NCBI GenBank assembly: GCA_964187785.1
Contig: OZ076410.1
Coordinates: forward strand, 61,690,001 to 61,754,000
DNA length: 64,000 nt
Direction: 5' to 3'
Source of the DNA: Amphiscolops sp. MND2022
Lineage: Eukaryota
In this document: positions 1-12,141 of the stretch, piece by piece
Position numbering within the stretch: the stretch's first letter is position 1
Layout of the letters: each line of letters begins with the position of its first letter
The notes under the pieces: model-generated
Told to the model about the DNA's origin: nothing
What the model saw: the letters and a program-made list of their open reading frames with translations, nothing else
The model's database searches: none
Program-made: the position numbers and the translations under genes

Positions 1-1500
1 CTACCTCAAACTTGCAAGCTTTGATCGCCCAAGCAGCAAAGAAACTAGGACCTGTGAGGACCATGGATAATACAAGAAAATACAAAGTGAAGTATACCAT
101 GGTTAGCTCAGGGGCAATCACCGTCCACTCGTACTGCAAGCTACCACCGAGGCTGATCAGCAAGTGTTGCTCGACGGAGAAGAAATCAATCCGGCCAAAC
201 ACACTATAACTTAATTTGTGCATCAATTTGGCAACTGAAAAGTCATCGAATATTGTAGTGCAGTGAATCCCGTGCTTGAAAAATGGGCAGGTATCAATGA
301 GGTTGAGGAATCCTAGGGTGCACCCAGATCAGCATACGAGTTGGTCTTTGCAGGATATCGCAGCGATAACACGGACAGCAGACGAATTTCTGGGGAAGTT
401 TGCCCAATTCGGAGTAGGGACACTCTGCATAATTGGAACTCCTTCCAGAACTTAACGTGTAAATAGAGCAAGACTCCCTGCTGTTCAAAGTCTATTGAGT
501 AGAGTCCGCTGGTCACTATTTGTGTTCCGATACCTTCTACGAGTTGTTGAAATAAGTGGTGGAAGATCACTTGAAATTGCCCAAAAGTGATTGTCATTAG
601 TGACTCAAGATAGGGAATGCTAACAGTACGAGGAATTTTTGCTTCAATAAACTTTAAAATAAATGCTTACTGAAAGACGTTCTTTTCCCCAATCAAATCC
701 AAGGAAAGAGGTCTCATGTCCCATTGCACTTTCTAATTTATCCCAAAATCCACGAAAGGCGGAGATGTTGCTGAACACGAAACACGGAAGGAAAGAACCC
801 AGTAGACAAGTTTGGACCCGAACTTTGTTGTCTGGTGTGGTCGCGACATGTTGTTGCTCGGCCAAAAATTCTTCATAAAGGGGCATCTGATCCCCTATGT
901 CGACTAAGGGGGATTAATGAACTCGGGTAATTCCAGTTCAAACTGGTAAGGCGTCAGCAATTTTTTTCTACCGAAGAAGGGTACGATCAAGACAGTGACA
1001 TTGAGGTGGTGGCATCTTATAGAGAGATACAGCCGTTCGAGCCACAAGCTATAGCAGGGAGATTCATGACAACCGAACTCCCAGGGTCCCAAGATGATTT
1101 GTCTAATCCCGAAACCTTGTATAGCCCTTCGACCTCAGAAGGAAATTGTCCACCTAGTGAACTATTTGACCTGGTGTTGGGTCAGAGCGCCCGCTTGAAA
1201 GTTTGGTACCACTATGTCAACAACTAATTACTCAATGTAGCCAATTGGAACCTATCTCTGACACGCCCCAATCACTGCCAATACATGGGCAAGGCCCAAG
1301 TTTCAATTATAGCAACAACCCATAGTCAGATGATCAGTTCACCTATTGGCCCGATAATGCCCATATAACGGGAATAGCAGTGAGCGCTAGCGGGACTTGT
1401 GGCGAACCTAATTTGGTTCAACATGGGGATGGCTTTGTGTGTGGAAAACCATTCGACACAATAAAAGGGGAACTAACATTCAATTTTTTAGAGCAAACAC
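1..1500 (+). mobile_element. Heavily decayed ORF remnant, probably the 3' part of an LTR retroelement
   Basis: GC-richer than flanks; several short + strand ORF pieces (12-209, 663-878, 1006-1227) broken by stops and frameshifts; sits directly 5' of a TATA/CRE promoter and a gag-like start. No diagnostic motif recognised. Confidence 0.3.
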
Positions 1501-2159
1501 ACACAGACGGTAAGTCCTACAATACGCGTCTGTGAAGAAGGAATGCAAACCAAGCAGGGATGCTGGCGGGCTCCTTCATTCTCGTGCCCCCGGGGAGTGT
1601 CACAGGCTGTCACATTATCACGTAGCCCCTAATGACAGCCATCTGTCTTATTTACCCAAAGTCTTACAACTGAGACCACTTAGACCAAGTGTCTATTTGC
1701 CATAAACTTTTATATTTGAATTCGTACGTTTGTTATGTGAATTCTTTTAGACTACGGTTATTAGACATAACATATACTAGCGTTGATGGAAACCAGAACT
1801 GAATGATTGATGCTTTTTAGATTGATAACTGAAACAGGTACTGTAAAATAATACCTATATGCAGTAAAGGAAACGCGTTCGAAGTGAAATCCACTTTAGT
1901 CAACACGACGCGCAGTCTCTTTTGATTATTAATCACGTGCTGGTATTCTCTAGACGTGCGTACCACCAGTCCGTATGTGCTGTATTTACTAACGTTATCT
2001 AGTTTAGTGGACGGCTAGTCCGCCGCGCTGTATTATTCTCATATAGAGTATTATGTAGATAAGTGCATGTCACTAAATCCGTTTTTTATGTAACTTGAAA
2101 GGTTGACCCCCTTCAAGTCCCCCCATTCTACTTATAGAATCAGATCACAATGGATGCTA

Positions 2160-2480
2160 TTTTAGGGTACGATGATGTAATACCTTATCATGATGTAATA
2201 CTGACGTCAGACCCTAGGGCTATTTTAACCTACACTAAGTACTATTTTTAATAACATGATTGTCATAGCTTTGCGAGTCATTCACTATCTGCTATAAATA
2301 GCTGACCCCTGTAGTCCTTGGGACACAACTTCTGAATACGACGCTACAAATCGGTAAACACAAATTGTTGCTCATTCACGATTCTTTGTAACAATCTCGT
2401 TCTGTTCTGCATTCTTTCAGTTCAATATTGGTTATCTGATGAAAGCTCAAATATAATCTTTCACGAGCAATTTTTTCTTC
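2160..2480 (+). promoter_or_regulatory. LTR-like promoter of the downstream gag-like relic
   Basis: TGACGTCA at 2202-2209 and TATAAATAG at ~2293, ahead of ATG 2483. Confidence 0.4.
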
Positions 2481-2482
2481 AA

Positions 2483-3280
2483 ATGCCTTCGACAAGGAAG
2501 CAAAAGGCTAAGGAGAGAAAGTCTAGACAATCGGACGTGATATCCGAACTATAGAATGTGGATATAATGTTAGGATGTTACTCTAGAAATGACCTAGACA
2601 GTCAGTTAGGAGAGGGAGAAACTCAAGGAGGCCTTGAGTCCAATGGTCTGCAGACGGCTAATCTAATCAGCGAGGATTCCAGATCTTTGAATAATACAAA
2701 TAGCCGCGAAAACAGTGAAATTACAATGGAGACTGCGAGGTTGGATAAAAAAAATGAGATCACCACTCAAGTCACCGGAAAACTCGACGAGGTTAGGGAA
2801 GACTTAAATTCACAGATTTTGGAAGTAATCAACTCGGCAATTTCTGAAAAGATGCTCATTGGAGCGGAGTTCAAATTGCGGGATTAAATGCAAATGAGAA
2901 CCATCAGTCCGGTGGACTAAATAGGAGCCCTGAAGATTACTACAGTCATATTGACCATCAGTCCCGAGGATTTAATAAGGGTCATAGACACCAATCAAGT
3001 TATACAGACCACTGGTCCAAAGGACTAAACAGAGGCCCCAGGGACCACTCTGGTCAAATGGACCATCGTTCCGGTAGACAAGATGAGAATCAAGGAGAAC
3101 CATTTGGACAAGTAGGCGACCGGTCTATGAGACTGGACAAAAGCTCTAAAAATTATCTTGGCATATCGGCCCACAGGTCGACTAGACTAGATAATGGCCC
3201 AAGAGGACCAGCATGATTACACCAAACTAAATTCCAAACTCAGCAGTCAAGGAGGTTTGAACAGGGAGATCTCATTGGAC
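2483..3280 (+). pseudogene. Gag-like 5' ORF relic of an LTR retroelement (basic N-terminus, coiled coil, 18-aa repeats)
   Basis: MPSTRKQKAKERKSRQSDVISEL*NVDIMLG... continues in frame into ORF 2558-2887 (heptad-like LDEVREDLNSQILEVIN). It then frameshifts into six 18-aa HxSxGLN-type repeats (2881-3216) and is truncated by a foldback repeat. Confidence 0.55.
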
Positions 3281-3281
3281 T

Positions 3282-3423
3282 CCCGGGCTACAGACCAAGA
3301 TTGCGACAGTAAGATCTTCATAAGAATCTTGCCATGGGTTCCATGGTCGCCAAGATGTAGTGAAACTTTGGTAACATCTTGCCCAGACAGCAGCCAATAT
3401 GCTAGTAAAAGGGTCAACCCGGG
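3282..3423. mobile_element. Short copy of the CCCGGG-ended, CAAGATCTTG-rich foldback/MITE family
   Basis: taagaatcttgccatgggttccatgg...gggtcaacccggg closely matches 50780-50900. Confidence 0.7.
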
Positions 3424-4899
3424 GTTTTGTTTTCCCGGGGTTTTCTTTTCCCGGGGTTTTCTTTTCTCTCACCCTATTGTCAACACAGCTGGATTTTCTT
3501 ACCAGCTATTTGCTAGCATGTTTTGATAGAACCCAGAAAAGCAATTGTTTTTCCGGTGGCAAATTTTTCAGCATCATACTGCAATTTCTACTATTGGAAC
3601 TACAATAAAATATCTTCTTCTGGTTCAAAGTTTCTTTTACGCTTCGTTAACGACAAGAGGACGCTTTCTAGGCGTAGCGAAGTCTATTCGATTCTCAGAT
3701 GCAAACTTCCTTTTTTTCTGTTGAAAAGTATGACATTAATTAGCTTTTTCAACTTTGAGGCTTTTTTCTTGTTTTCTATTTCTTGTTCCATTTTTTCAAC
3801 ACTTCTCCGGGATACTTTCCAGTTGAAAACATTTTTTCAACGTATTTTCCAACATATACTTTTCCCGACAGAAAACTGGATAATTAGAATCTGAACACCC
3901 TTTTTTAATTAGTTGGCTCCTCTTATCTCCGGAACCATTGTAGCTAATGACATATTGGGTGACTACTTTGTCACGGTGCACTCCCCTTGAGTCTTCTCGT
4001 GGAACAAATTTCATCCCGCTAACATTGCTCCGAAGTGCAATTTTTACAACAAATGTTCCCTTATCGAAGGCGGTGGTTTTCTCAGGCCTCTAACTTCGAG
4101 AACAGTTGTGATGCAGTAAAAGTTCTTGCTCTGAATGATACCCCAGTCAATTGATCATGTTCCAGTGCTCGAGCGTTCAATCAAAGCAGGCTCCATTGTA
4201 GTCGTACTTCGTGAAAAATTCGTTCGCTTGTGTTTGAAATCCTGTTTCCAGCAGGTCGGCTACTTTTATAGGATTTTCTCTGTTTTCCCCACCAGCAATT
4301 TTTAGCAAATATTAGCATAAAAAGACTTGCAATTAAAATGAAAAACCTTCAAAGTTAAATGAATTCGCAGATCAGTAGTTTGGCATCCGGATATGAACGT
4401 CGTCCACTTTTTTCTTCCTGAAGTCACGCATTTTTGATTACCGAATCAACAACTTCCTGTTTTGTGACTCACAAAAAATATTCAATTCGAAATAAACACT
4501 CAGGATGTGTGAAAAAGGTTCTCTTCAAACGAAAAAATCTTCCACTACTTACCTGGTGTAATCACTGCTTCTCAATTAGCACTTTGATTAGTTCATTCGT
4601 GTTTATTACGTCACTGAAATTTATTTGAATACATTTTTCAATAAATTAGACATCTTGATCGCGTTTGAAAATACAACTGTTTCCTTATTAAACTTGAATA
4701 TGTTTTATTATAGTCGTCATGGATTTTTGTCAGTTTCGTTCTCGAACACCTGAACTGTCCGAAATAGTTCTACCAAATGTTCAATTTTGCAAAGTCAGTC
4801 ACTTGTCCTAGTGGTTAACACAGATTCCCTGCGGTCTAAGAAGCAGAAGTACGTGGGACCGAGTCTCGCACTGAACCAAAAAAAATTGTCTGCAAAATT

Positions 4900-6030
4900 A
4901 AGGCGGAGACTAAAGCGCTCCCATTTAGAATTTTTTCGGCACTACGCAAATTTTTTCCAGAGTTTTTCAAACCTAAACTCCCTTCCTCGATTTTCAGCAT
5001 AAAGCACATTTGCGAGCATATATGGTCACTTTTAGTTCTCTCGGCACTATGCATGCGACTTACCGTTTTTTTGATGTTTTTTGCAAAGGAAACATGATTA
5101 CCGTGTCTTGAGGGTGACATTTTTGTTACTTTTTTGGTCTTGTGGAACTAACTGGTGATTGTGGAACATACTACCATTTTTTTGGCTCTGTGCGTCTTTT
5201 TCTCCGAAACTTTCATTTGGTCAAAGGGTACTCCTTTCGCTTTCATAGCTGATTTAGGCTTGTAAAAAAGTAGTTTTGCGTGATGGAACCTTTTTCGGCA
5301 CTATGAAACTCTTCCAAAAAATTTGACGCAAATTTAATTTTCAAAAAATGATTTATTGTGTTTCCAGTTGGGAAAATAGTAGTTTCAGAGTCTTATGCGT
5401 AACCCTTCGGGAATTTTTCGGTAAAACTTTGAAAATAGTGTCCTTTTCATATTTAAGAAACTTGAGCGGGCGCCGGCTTGTTTCTACGGATCGGTTTGAA
5501 CAATCTTGATTTCAACAGTGAAATAACATTATTGTTTCTGTTATTGTGTTGGAAAATTTTATAAGCGTTGTTGACAACTTTCAAAAATATTGTGAAAAAT
5601 TCAATCAGCTTGATGAACGGCAGTTCTAAGCAAGGAACACTTTTAAAAATAGTTCTCATACTGGTATTGTTTTGTTTTTTCATGGTTATCTAAAAATTTG
5701 TGAAAAAAAAAACAAAAAATATATTTTTATAGTTCTAAGCAATGTACGTTTTTTTCCATCAGTCATCTGAAAGTTCGATTTTTTTGTTGTGTTACAGCTT
5801 CATATAATGCCGAGGCATAACTTGGAATTACACAGCTTTCTTATATCCAAAACAATAAAAGGTTTATTTGTTGTAAGCACAAGTTGTCAATGATTGAGAT
5901 TTTCAAAGTCATGAAGACAAACCGGCCAAAGTCGGCCAAAGTCGGCGCTATATCTTTGGCTCAAAAAGCGCAAATTTTTTAAAATTGTAAAAGGGGGACC
6001 CTTTGGGCTTTTTGAAACTCTTCAAAAGCG
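4900..6030. repeat. AT-rich dispersed repeat family copies (GTCGGCGCTATATCT / AAAGGGGGACCCTTT / GCATAGTGCCGAAAA motifs)
   Basis: The same motifs recur at 33110-34100 and 51410-51700. Reverse-oriented tttcggcacta(t/c)g units lie at 4930-5310. Confidence 0.6.
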
Positions 6031-6741
6031 CCGACTAAAAACAGTAGATCATTTTAAAGAAACTTTTTGTGCCGTTTTTTGGCTCACCTAGTAATAGATG
6101 GACCATAAAAATGGGACGCAAAAAATATTGAGCTATCATTTTTTCAACTATATTCGATGAAAACTTTGATGCATTTTTTGTCCGCAGTAAAATAGAATCA
6201 ATCTACATTTCTCTGTGTTCGTTTTTTAGTAATTTTGATAAAATAACTTTTTTGGTCCACCTAACAAAAATTCAAAAAGAAATTATAGCTTTTTATAGAA
6301 TTTTTATAGAATTTATAGATAATTTATAGAAATTATAGCAAGTGCAGTTGTTTTTTTTAAAAAAAACTCAATTTCTCAGTAATATGATTGAGTAGGCCTA
6401 CCACAGTTATATCAACATTTTCTTGCCTTTTCACAATTCAGCGCGAAAATAGAACACAGAAAATGGACACCACTATAGACCGTTTCAAAAAGTTCGCGAC
6501 CGAATCCTCAATACGACATGCAGCCACATATTGTGACTGGTACCTAGTCTCGCGAACTTTTTCGAAACGGTCTATTGATGTAGAAAACTTTTGTTGCACT
6601 GTTTTCGCGCTCCATTTTAATTAGGACTTGCTACAACTTGCATCAAGAATAATACAGCTAGCACGTATCACGTACCGTTTGTGTAATCTTGTTTTTTTGC
6701 ACTGCGTTGCAGCTGTTGTACTGAATGCTCTTTTGATTATA

Positions 6742-7088
6742 CTAGGTGAACCAAAAAAACGGAACGTGCAAAAATTTTTGAGCTCTCAAAGTTCTAAATA
6801 TATTTCAAAAAACGTTTCAAAGCAACGTTCAACGCTCCTGTCAATCATTCAAATTTATTACATTTCTTAGAAGCGAAAATGCTTTCACACATAGAAAGTG
6901 AGAACGAAATGACTGGTAGACACATCCTAGACTATTTTTGATGGTTGAAACCATCTTTGGTTGATGTGATTACATAATATCAGCATGAATCAAAATAATT
7001 GATAGATAAAATTTCAGCACCTTGTTTACAAACATTACGATTTTGAAGACGCAAAAATTTGTGCATTCCGTTTTTTTGGTTCACCTAG
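6742..7088. mobile_element. Tc1/mariner-type MITE or internally deleted element with TA target duplication
   Basis: TA|ctaggtgaaccaaaaaaacggaa...ttccgttttttggttcacctag|TA, with ~35-bp imperfect terminal inverted repeats. A second right end (ggctcacctagta) lies at ~6080-6093. Confidence 0.8.
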
Positions 7089-7271
7089 TAGACAGAACGA
7101 AGACCTTTTCGTAAAATCTGACAAAAGCTCTTTAGTTAAACAATCAAATCGGCAAGATTTCGTTCTTTTCAGACCTCTAGAGTCACGTTCAACTCATCAA
7201 CTATAAAGCTCTGCTCACTCCTGACAGAAACTAGAACCTCAACGAGCTGTTGATTGGAATTGAACCCTCGA

Positions 7272-7644
7272 ATGGCGGAAACGAAAGAGGTTTTCCTAAG
7301 TCACTGTGTGGCCTCGATGGGCGAGAAAGCGTCGCGGTTGAATGACAAAATCCAGGGTGAAGGATGCACCACATTCATCTGCACTAAGATGGACCCTGGA
7401 CAGGAGTTCAGACAGCAGATCACAATCAATGCTGCCAACTGTAAAATCATGGTCATCTTCTTGGACGAAAGATGGGCCAACAGTAAAGAGTGCTTATCGG
7501 AATTTAACTGCGCCTATTCGTGTTATAATAAAGGCGAGACACCCCAAATTATACCTATTATCGTGGGCGGATTTCAGTGGATTGATCCCCGAAAGTACCC
7601 CATCACACACTGCATTACATCCAACTTTCAGTGCCTGGCTCCTA
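7272..7644 (+). CDS. Exon 1 of TIR-RING-SAM-TPR gene: TIR domain
   Basis: MAETKEVFLSH (betaA), TFIC...PGQEFRQQI (BB loop/alphaB), KIMVIFLDERWANSKECLSEF (betaC, alphaC with Glu), QIIPIIV (betaD). Donor A|GTTAGT at 7645, phase 1. Confidence 0.85.
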
Positions 7645-10136
7645 GTTAGTCAAATCTTTCATGTTTTTGGGCATTCAACAAACAAAGATATTTAACCTTA
7701 ATTGCAACAAAATGGAATGTTGGAGCTGCCCTTTCAGATAAAGTTACAATCATCTTCTATAATAGTATGGTCATCTTTCACTGTTACCCAACATGTACGA
7801 GATGGGAGAAAGAAGGATATTTCGTTTTTCCGGAAAATAATTTTGATCGGAATCAATTGAAAGGCACCGATTTTTGTGTTATCGCGTTTTGCTTTTATTG
7901 TCAAAAAACTAGCGGTCAAAAATGCGTGAGTCCGTCTTTGACAATTTTCAAAAGCAATTTTTTCAATATAATTTTTTTCCACAATTTCTCGGGCAATTGT
8001 ATTTTTCATATTTATTTCTATGAATAAAATGTTTTTTTACTATATAGATAACTTTTTCATAATTATTGGAAAAACACATTTTATTCGATAGTTATCTTTC
8101 GATCGACTGACATGGAGCCAATTTTTAAGATCGAAAACGAGCCCAACTTGCTCGACACTCACAACATTACAACAAAGACGAAATCTTGTCACTTCGAATC
8201 CATTACTCCTGAACAGCTATCGCTTGGTTTGCCTAGTGAGCATTTGTCGTTAAATTTGAACTCCTCATGTCTGTTGGAAAAGCTAGCTTTCATCATCAGG
8301 GTAACACGTTTCCCCCAAAGAACATTAGTTACAGCACGGAGTTTTTTAAGTTCCTTGTTGGGCCTCTTTCTCTCTTAGCACTTTCGTATTTTGCTTTTTT
8401 ACCACAAAATGGTGGACCCAAAGTAGCAAAAAAACTCGATGTTCGTTTCAACATTTTTAACGCTTTTCTAAGTGGTCTCAAAAGAAACAATCATGTTGGC
8501 GTGATTCAAGTATAGCCAACTATCGATCTTTTGTTTGGTTTTCAAAAAAAAGGTTCGAAACTGAGATTGATTATCATTTTTATGCAACTTCAAAGAATTT
8601 TCCAGCCGAAAAAGAATTTTCCAGCCTTTTTATGAAAAATGGGCTCAACGATTAAGATTACTAGTTTTTATTTGAATTTTTAAGACTACAGAGCTCGCAC
8701 TGAAATGTTCACCTTTCATTTTACGTTCGAGATCTAAATCATACCCAAAGAGACAAAAGGCTCTTTGACAGGATCTGCGAAACTATATGGGATCAAAAGG
8801 TTTTGCTCCCCTCACCGTTTGTTCCGATATTTTTCTTTTCACCAAAGGGTCCTCTTTCGACTTTTAGTCGGCGAATTTAATAGGCAAATGTGCCCAGCTG
8901 TTCCAGTGATGTTTTTGTGTTTTTTTCGTAAGACTACACACAGATCGGTCCCAAGTTGACATTCAGTAGCCATGAGCGCTTCCAATGCAGTCTAAAATTC
9001 TTCGCTTGCAAACCTTTGACTCTCGAAGCGTCCCCTTTCTTTTGTATTTCAACCAAAAAAGCGTTTTTCAAGGCTGAAGGTTCGTATCTTTGGGTTGTGC
9101 GCACTGCAACTTTTTGCGACGTTTTTAATCAATGTGGATTTTTGTTGATGTTCAAAAAAAAATTTTAAAAAGCGTTCTTCGAAGCCGCAGGTCGCCCCTT
9201 CAGGTCTTTTTGCAACTCTGAAATGGAAATTTCCCAAAGAACCACCCCAAGCATTTTAAGACTTTGAGCTTTGAGTGGGGCGCCGAACTTAGACGTCCCG
9301 TCTTGTTTCAATTGTTATGAAAAGCTGTTTTCATGTCCCAAAGGTCCCCTTTACAATGTTTCCGCACTGCGTGACTTCTCGGCTTTGTCCTAATGAACTC
9401 CATTGCGAGGAATCTTTTGTGCGCTTCAAAACATTTTGTATTTGCTAATTTTTTTGATGATGGATCTTGCGCAAGACACTTTGAAACCGCAGCTTGAAGC
9501 CGACCGGTGCTTGATCACTTGGCTGCAAATATGACGCCATAGAGCAGAGCGCCGACTTAGAAAAGCAGAACTGTTTATTAGGTGTCCAAGCCGCGGAAAT
9601 GGGGAAAAACTTTCTTCTTGTTCAAATGTAAAATAATTACGTTTGTAAATCTTGAGTGGAGCTGATTCTCGAGATTGTTTTCATTTTTGAGAAAAGATGT
9701 TAGGAAGTAGCTCTAATTGCATCCTATTGACAACCGAAAGAATATTCTCAATGGTTCCACTCACTTCCTTTCAAAATAGTTCATTTGGAAGTCAATGACA
9801 TGTAGATTGAGTCAAGTGAACCATATAAAAGTTTTCGGAAAGCTACTTTTTGAGCCAAAATCGTTTCGATTAGCAGTCAAATACCTGTTTGGAAAGGAGT
9901 CATTTGTCATGAAAACAGGTACCTCGGTCTCGTGGAAGAGCACTTCAAGTCCAAGAGATGCAAGTTGCATCCTGTCTCAAAAAATAACGTCTCGGATTAT
10001 TTCTACGGATTGGTCGAAATTTAACGTCCAAGTTTTGGAAATATGATGACCTCAATAGTCCAAATGAACGAGAGAATGGAATTTTACACAGTAATTAAAG
10101 TTTTGAACAAATCAAGACGTAAAAAGAAACTTTCAG

Positions 10137-11313
10137 TTGGAGATTCTGTTTCAGAAGACAGCAACGCTTGGGAAGAATTGAATGCAACCCTTTTGCAACG
10201 AATTAGTGCCAAAATAGCGGAACTGAAAGCTGAAACAACAGATGCTATGAAAAAGTTGGAATCTCAGAATCAAGTCTTCATGGATTTTGTTACTTGCGAA
10301 ATATGCCAAGATATTTTCAGAGACCCCAGAATGCTTCCATGCTGTCATTCCTTCTGTAAAATATGTCTCATCAACTGGAAGAAAGGCAAAAAGGAATTCA
10401 CGTGTCCTAAATGTCGAATAAGTTGTTCCGAGAATATTGACGACTTGAAACCAAATTCGATGGCAAAACAGATTATTGAAGTGATCAATGTGCAAAACGA
10501 AAGCGGGAATTCAGCGGAAACAAGTCAAGAAGCTACTCAAAATGCTAAGGTCGAAGTTTCTGCCGATGAGTTGGAGTGTGAAACTGAACTTGCGGAATTT
10601 TTCAAGACTCACAAAATTCCAACCGCAATTTCCAAACTTCTGGTTGACAACGGATTTGATTGCTTGGACGTTGTTTTGGAAATCTCAGATGAAGAGATCA
10701 AGTCAATAGGCTTGAAACTTGGGCATGAGAAGAAACTCAAGAAATCAATCAACGACCATAAAAATGCGTCTAATGATGAAAACTCAAACAATGCAGAGTC
10801 TTATATCGAGAACTGGAAGTTAGTCAAAGAACTTTATGATGACAGAATCTTGACATCGGGCTCCAAACCAACGGATGCTCTCAAATTTTGGGCTTCTCTA
10901 ACCAAACAACTTCGAGAAAACATTGTTCAGACGCTCAAAAAGTTGACTGTCGAAGTTCGAGATAACTCGAAAATGCCGAACAAAATGAAAGCCGAATGTT
11001 TGGAAAAACTTGCTATGGTACTTTGTGACGGGGGAGAATTTGCAGACGCTGAATCCGCGGCAACTTCCGCCTTGACTCTGGATAGTTCCCCAGATCGTCA
11101 AATGGAAATCAAAGTAGTCCTAATCTATGCTATGAATAATAAATTGAAACAACCAATGTGGATTGATGATACCAAAGACAACGTCGGCTATGAGACACTA
11201 GCTGAGCTTTGCAGAGATGTTATCGAAAATCAAAAGATTTTATCCAAGGCTAAATTGTGCAAGGTGTACCTGCTGAAGGCATTCACATTGTATTCCATCG
11301 TAAATCGTTCCAG
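10137..11313 (+). CDS. Exon 2 of TIR-RING-SAM-TPR gene: end of TIR, RING-HC, SAM, TPR-like helices
   Basis: Acceptor tttcag|10137 is phase 1 (an alternative at 10155 is also phase 1). RING CEICQDIFRDPRMLPCCHSFCKIC-x12-CPKC at 10295-10414. SAM LAEFFKTHKI...LVDNGFDCLDVVLEISDEEIKSIGLKLGHEKKLKKSI at ~10583-10756. Donor AG|GTAAGC is phase 2. Confidence 0.9.
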
Positions 11314-11651
11314 GTAAGCTTTGTCTCTTGAGTTCTATGAAGTTTAACTGTTCCTTTCGCATTTTGAAAACAGTCGTCGAAAGCTGAGAAATCCTGAAAA
11401 TGGCTTGGTTTTGCTTCTTTACACCTTAATTCCATTCATAGATCAGGAACGATAATGCGCAGTTTTCTCTTCAAAATTGTCATGTTTGTTATTAAAAATA
11501 AAATGACTTGCTTCTTCTGAAGTAAAATTCTTTAAGCCTCACAATGCTGATAGTTATAATGGATCAGTCCCAGAAGCTTGAAGTACAGAGTCAAATACAC
11601 TCGATAGTTAATGTCCTTTCTGATATTGACTAGACCTACTTTTTGCTTTAG

Positions 11652-12141
11652 GTCATTGTTTTCTGAATACTTCCCCAAAGCTGAAGTCGATCTCGGAAAA
11701 GCTGTCGAAATTTGCGAGCAAGAAAACTTGAAAGGTCTCAAAGCCGAAGCGCTGATGACGCAATCACTCATGATGGCGGTCAAATCACGTGATGAGCAAA
11801 GCCGTCAAACGATGCTCAGAGCTAGAAAACTATGTCTCGAAGTCTATGGCGAGTTCTGCACTCTTAGTGCTAGAATCTACTACAACTTAGGGATCGACTT
11901 CGAAATGAAAAAAGACAAAAAATCATCTTATGAATGTTTCCGGAGAAGTTGGTTGATTGATAGACAAGTACTTGGAGTTCATCACCCTGAAACGAAGAAA
12001 TCAGGAAGCGTTTTGACCGAAGATTACCAACATGAGGCCCAGAAACTGAAAGATGTTTTGCCCGAGACATTCGAAGAGCCCACTCAGAAAGATCGAGACT
12101 ACACAAAACGCGTCAAGTTCTTGGATAAAATGACCAAGTGA
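11652..12141 (+). CDS. Exon 3 of TIR-RING-SAM-TPR gene: kinesin-light-chain/TPR_12-like repeats, stop TGA
   Basis: Acceptor ttttgctttag|11652 is phase 2 and matches exon 2. Motifs LEVYGEFCTLSARIYYNLG and RQVLGVHHPET. Exon sum 373+1177+490 = 2040 nt = 679 aa + stop. Confidence 0.85.
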
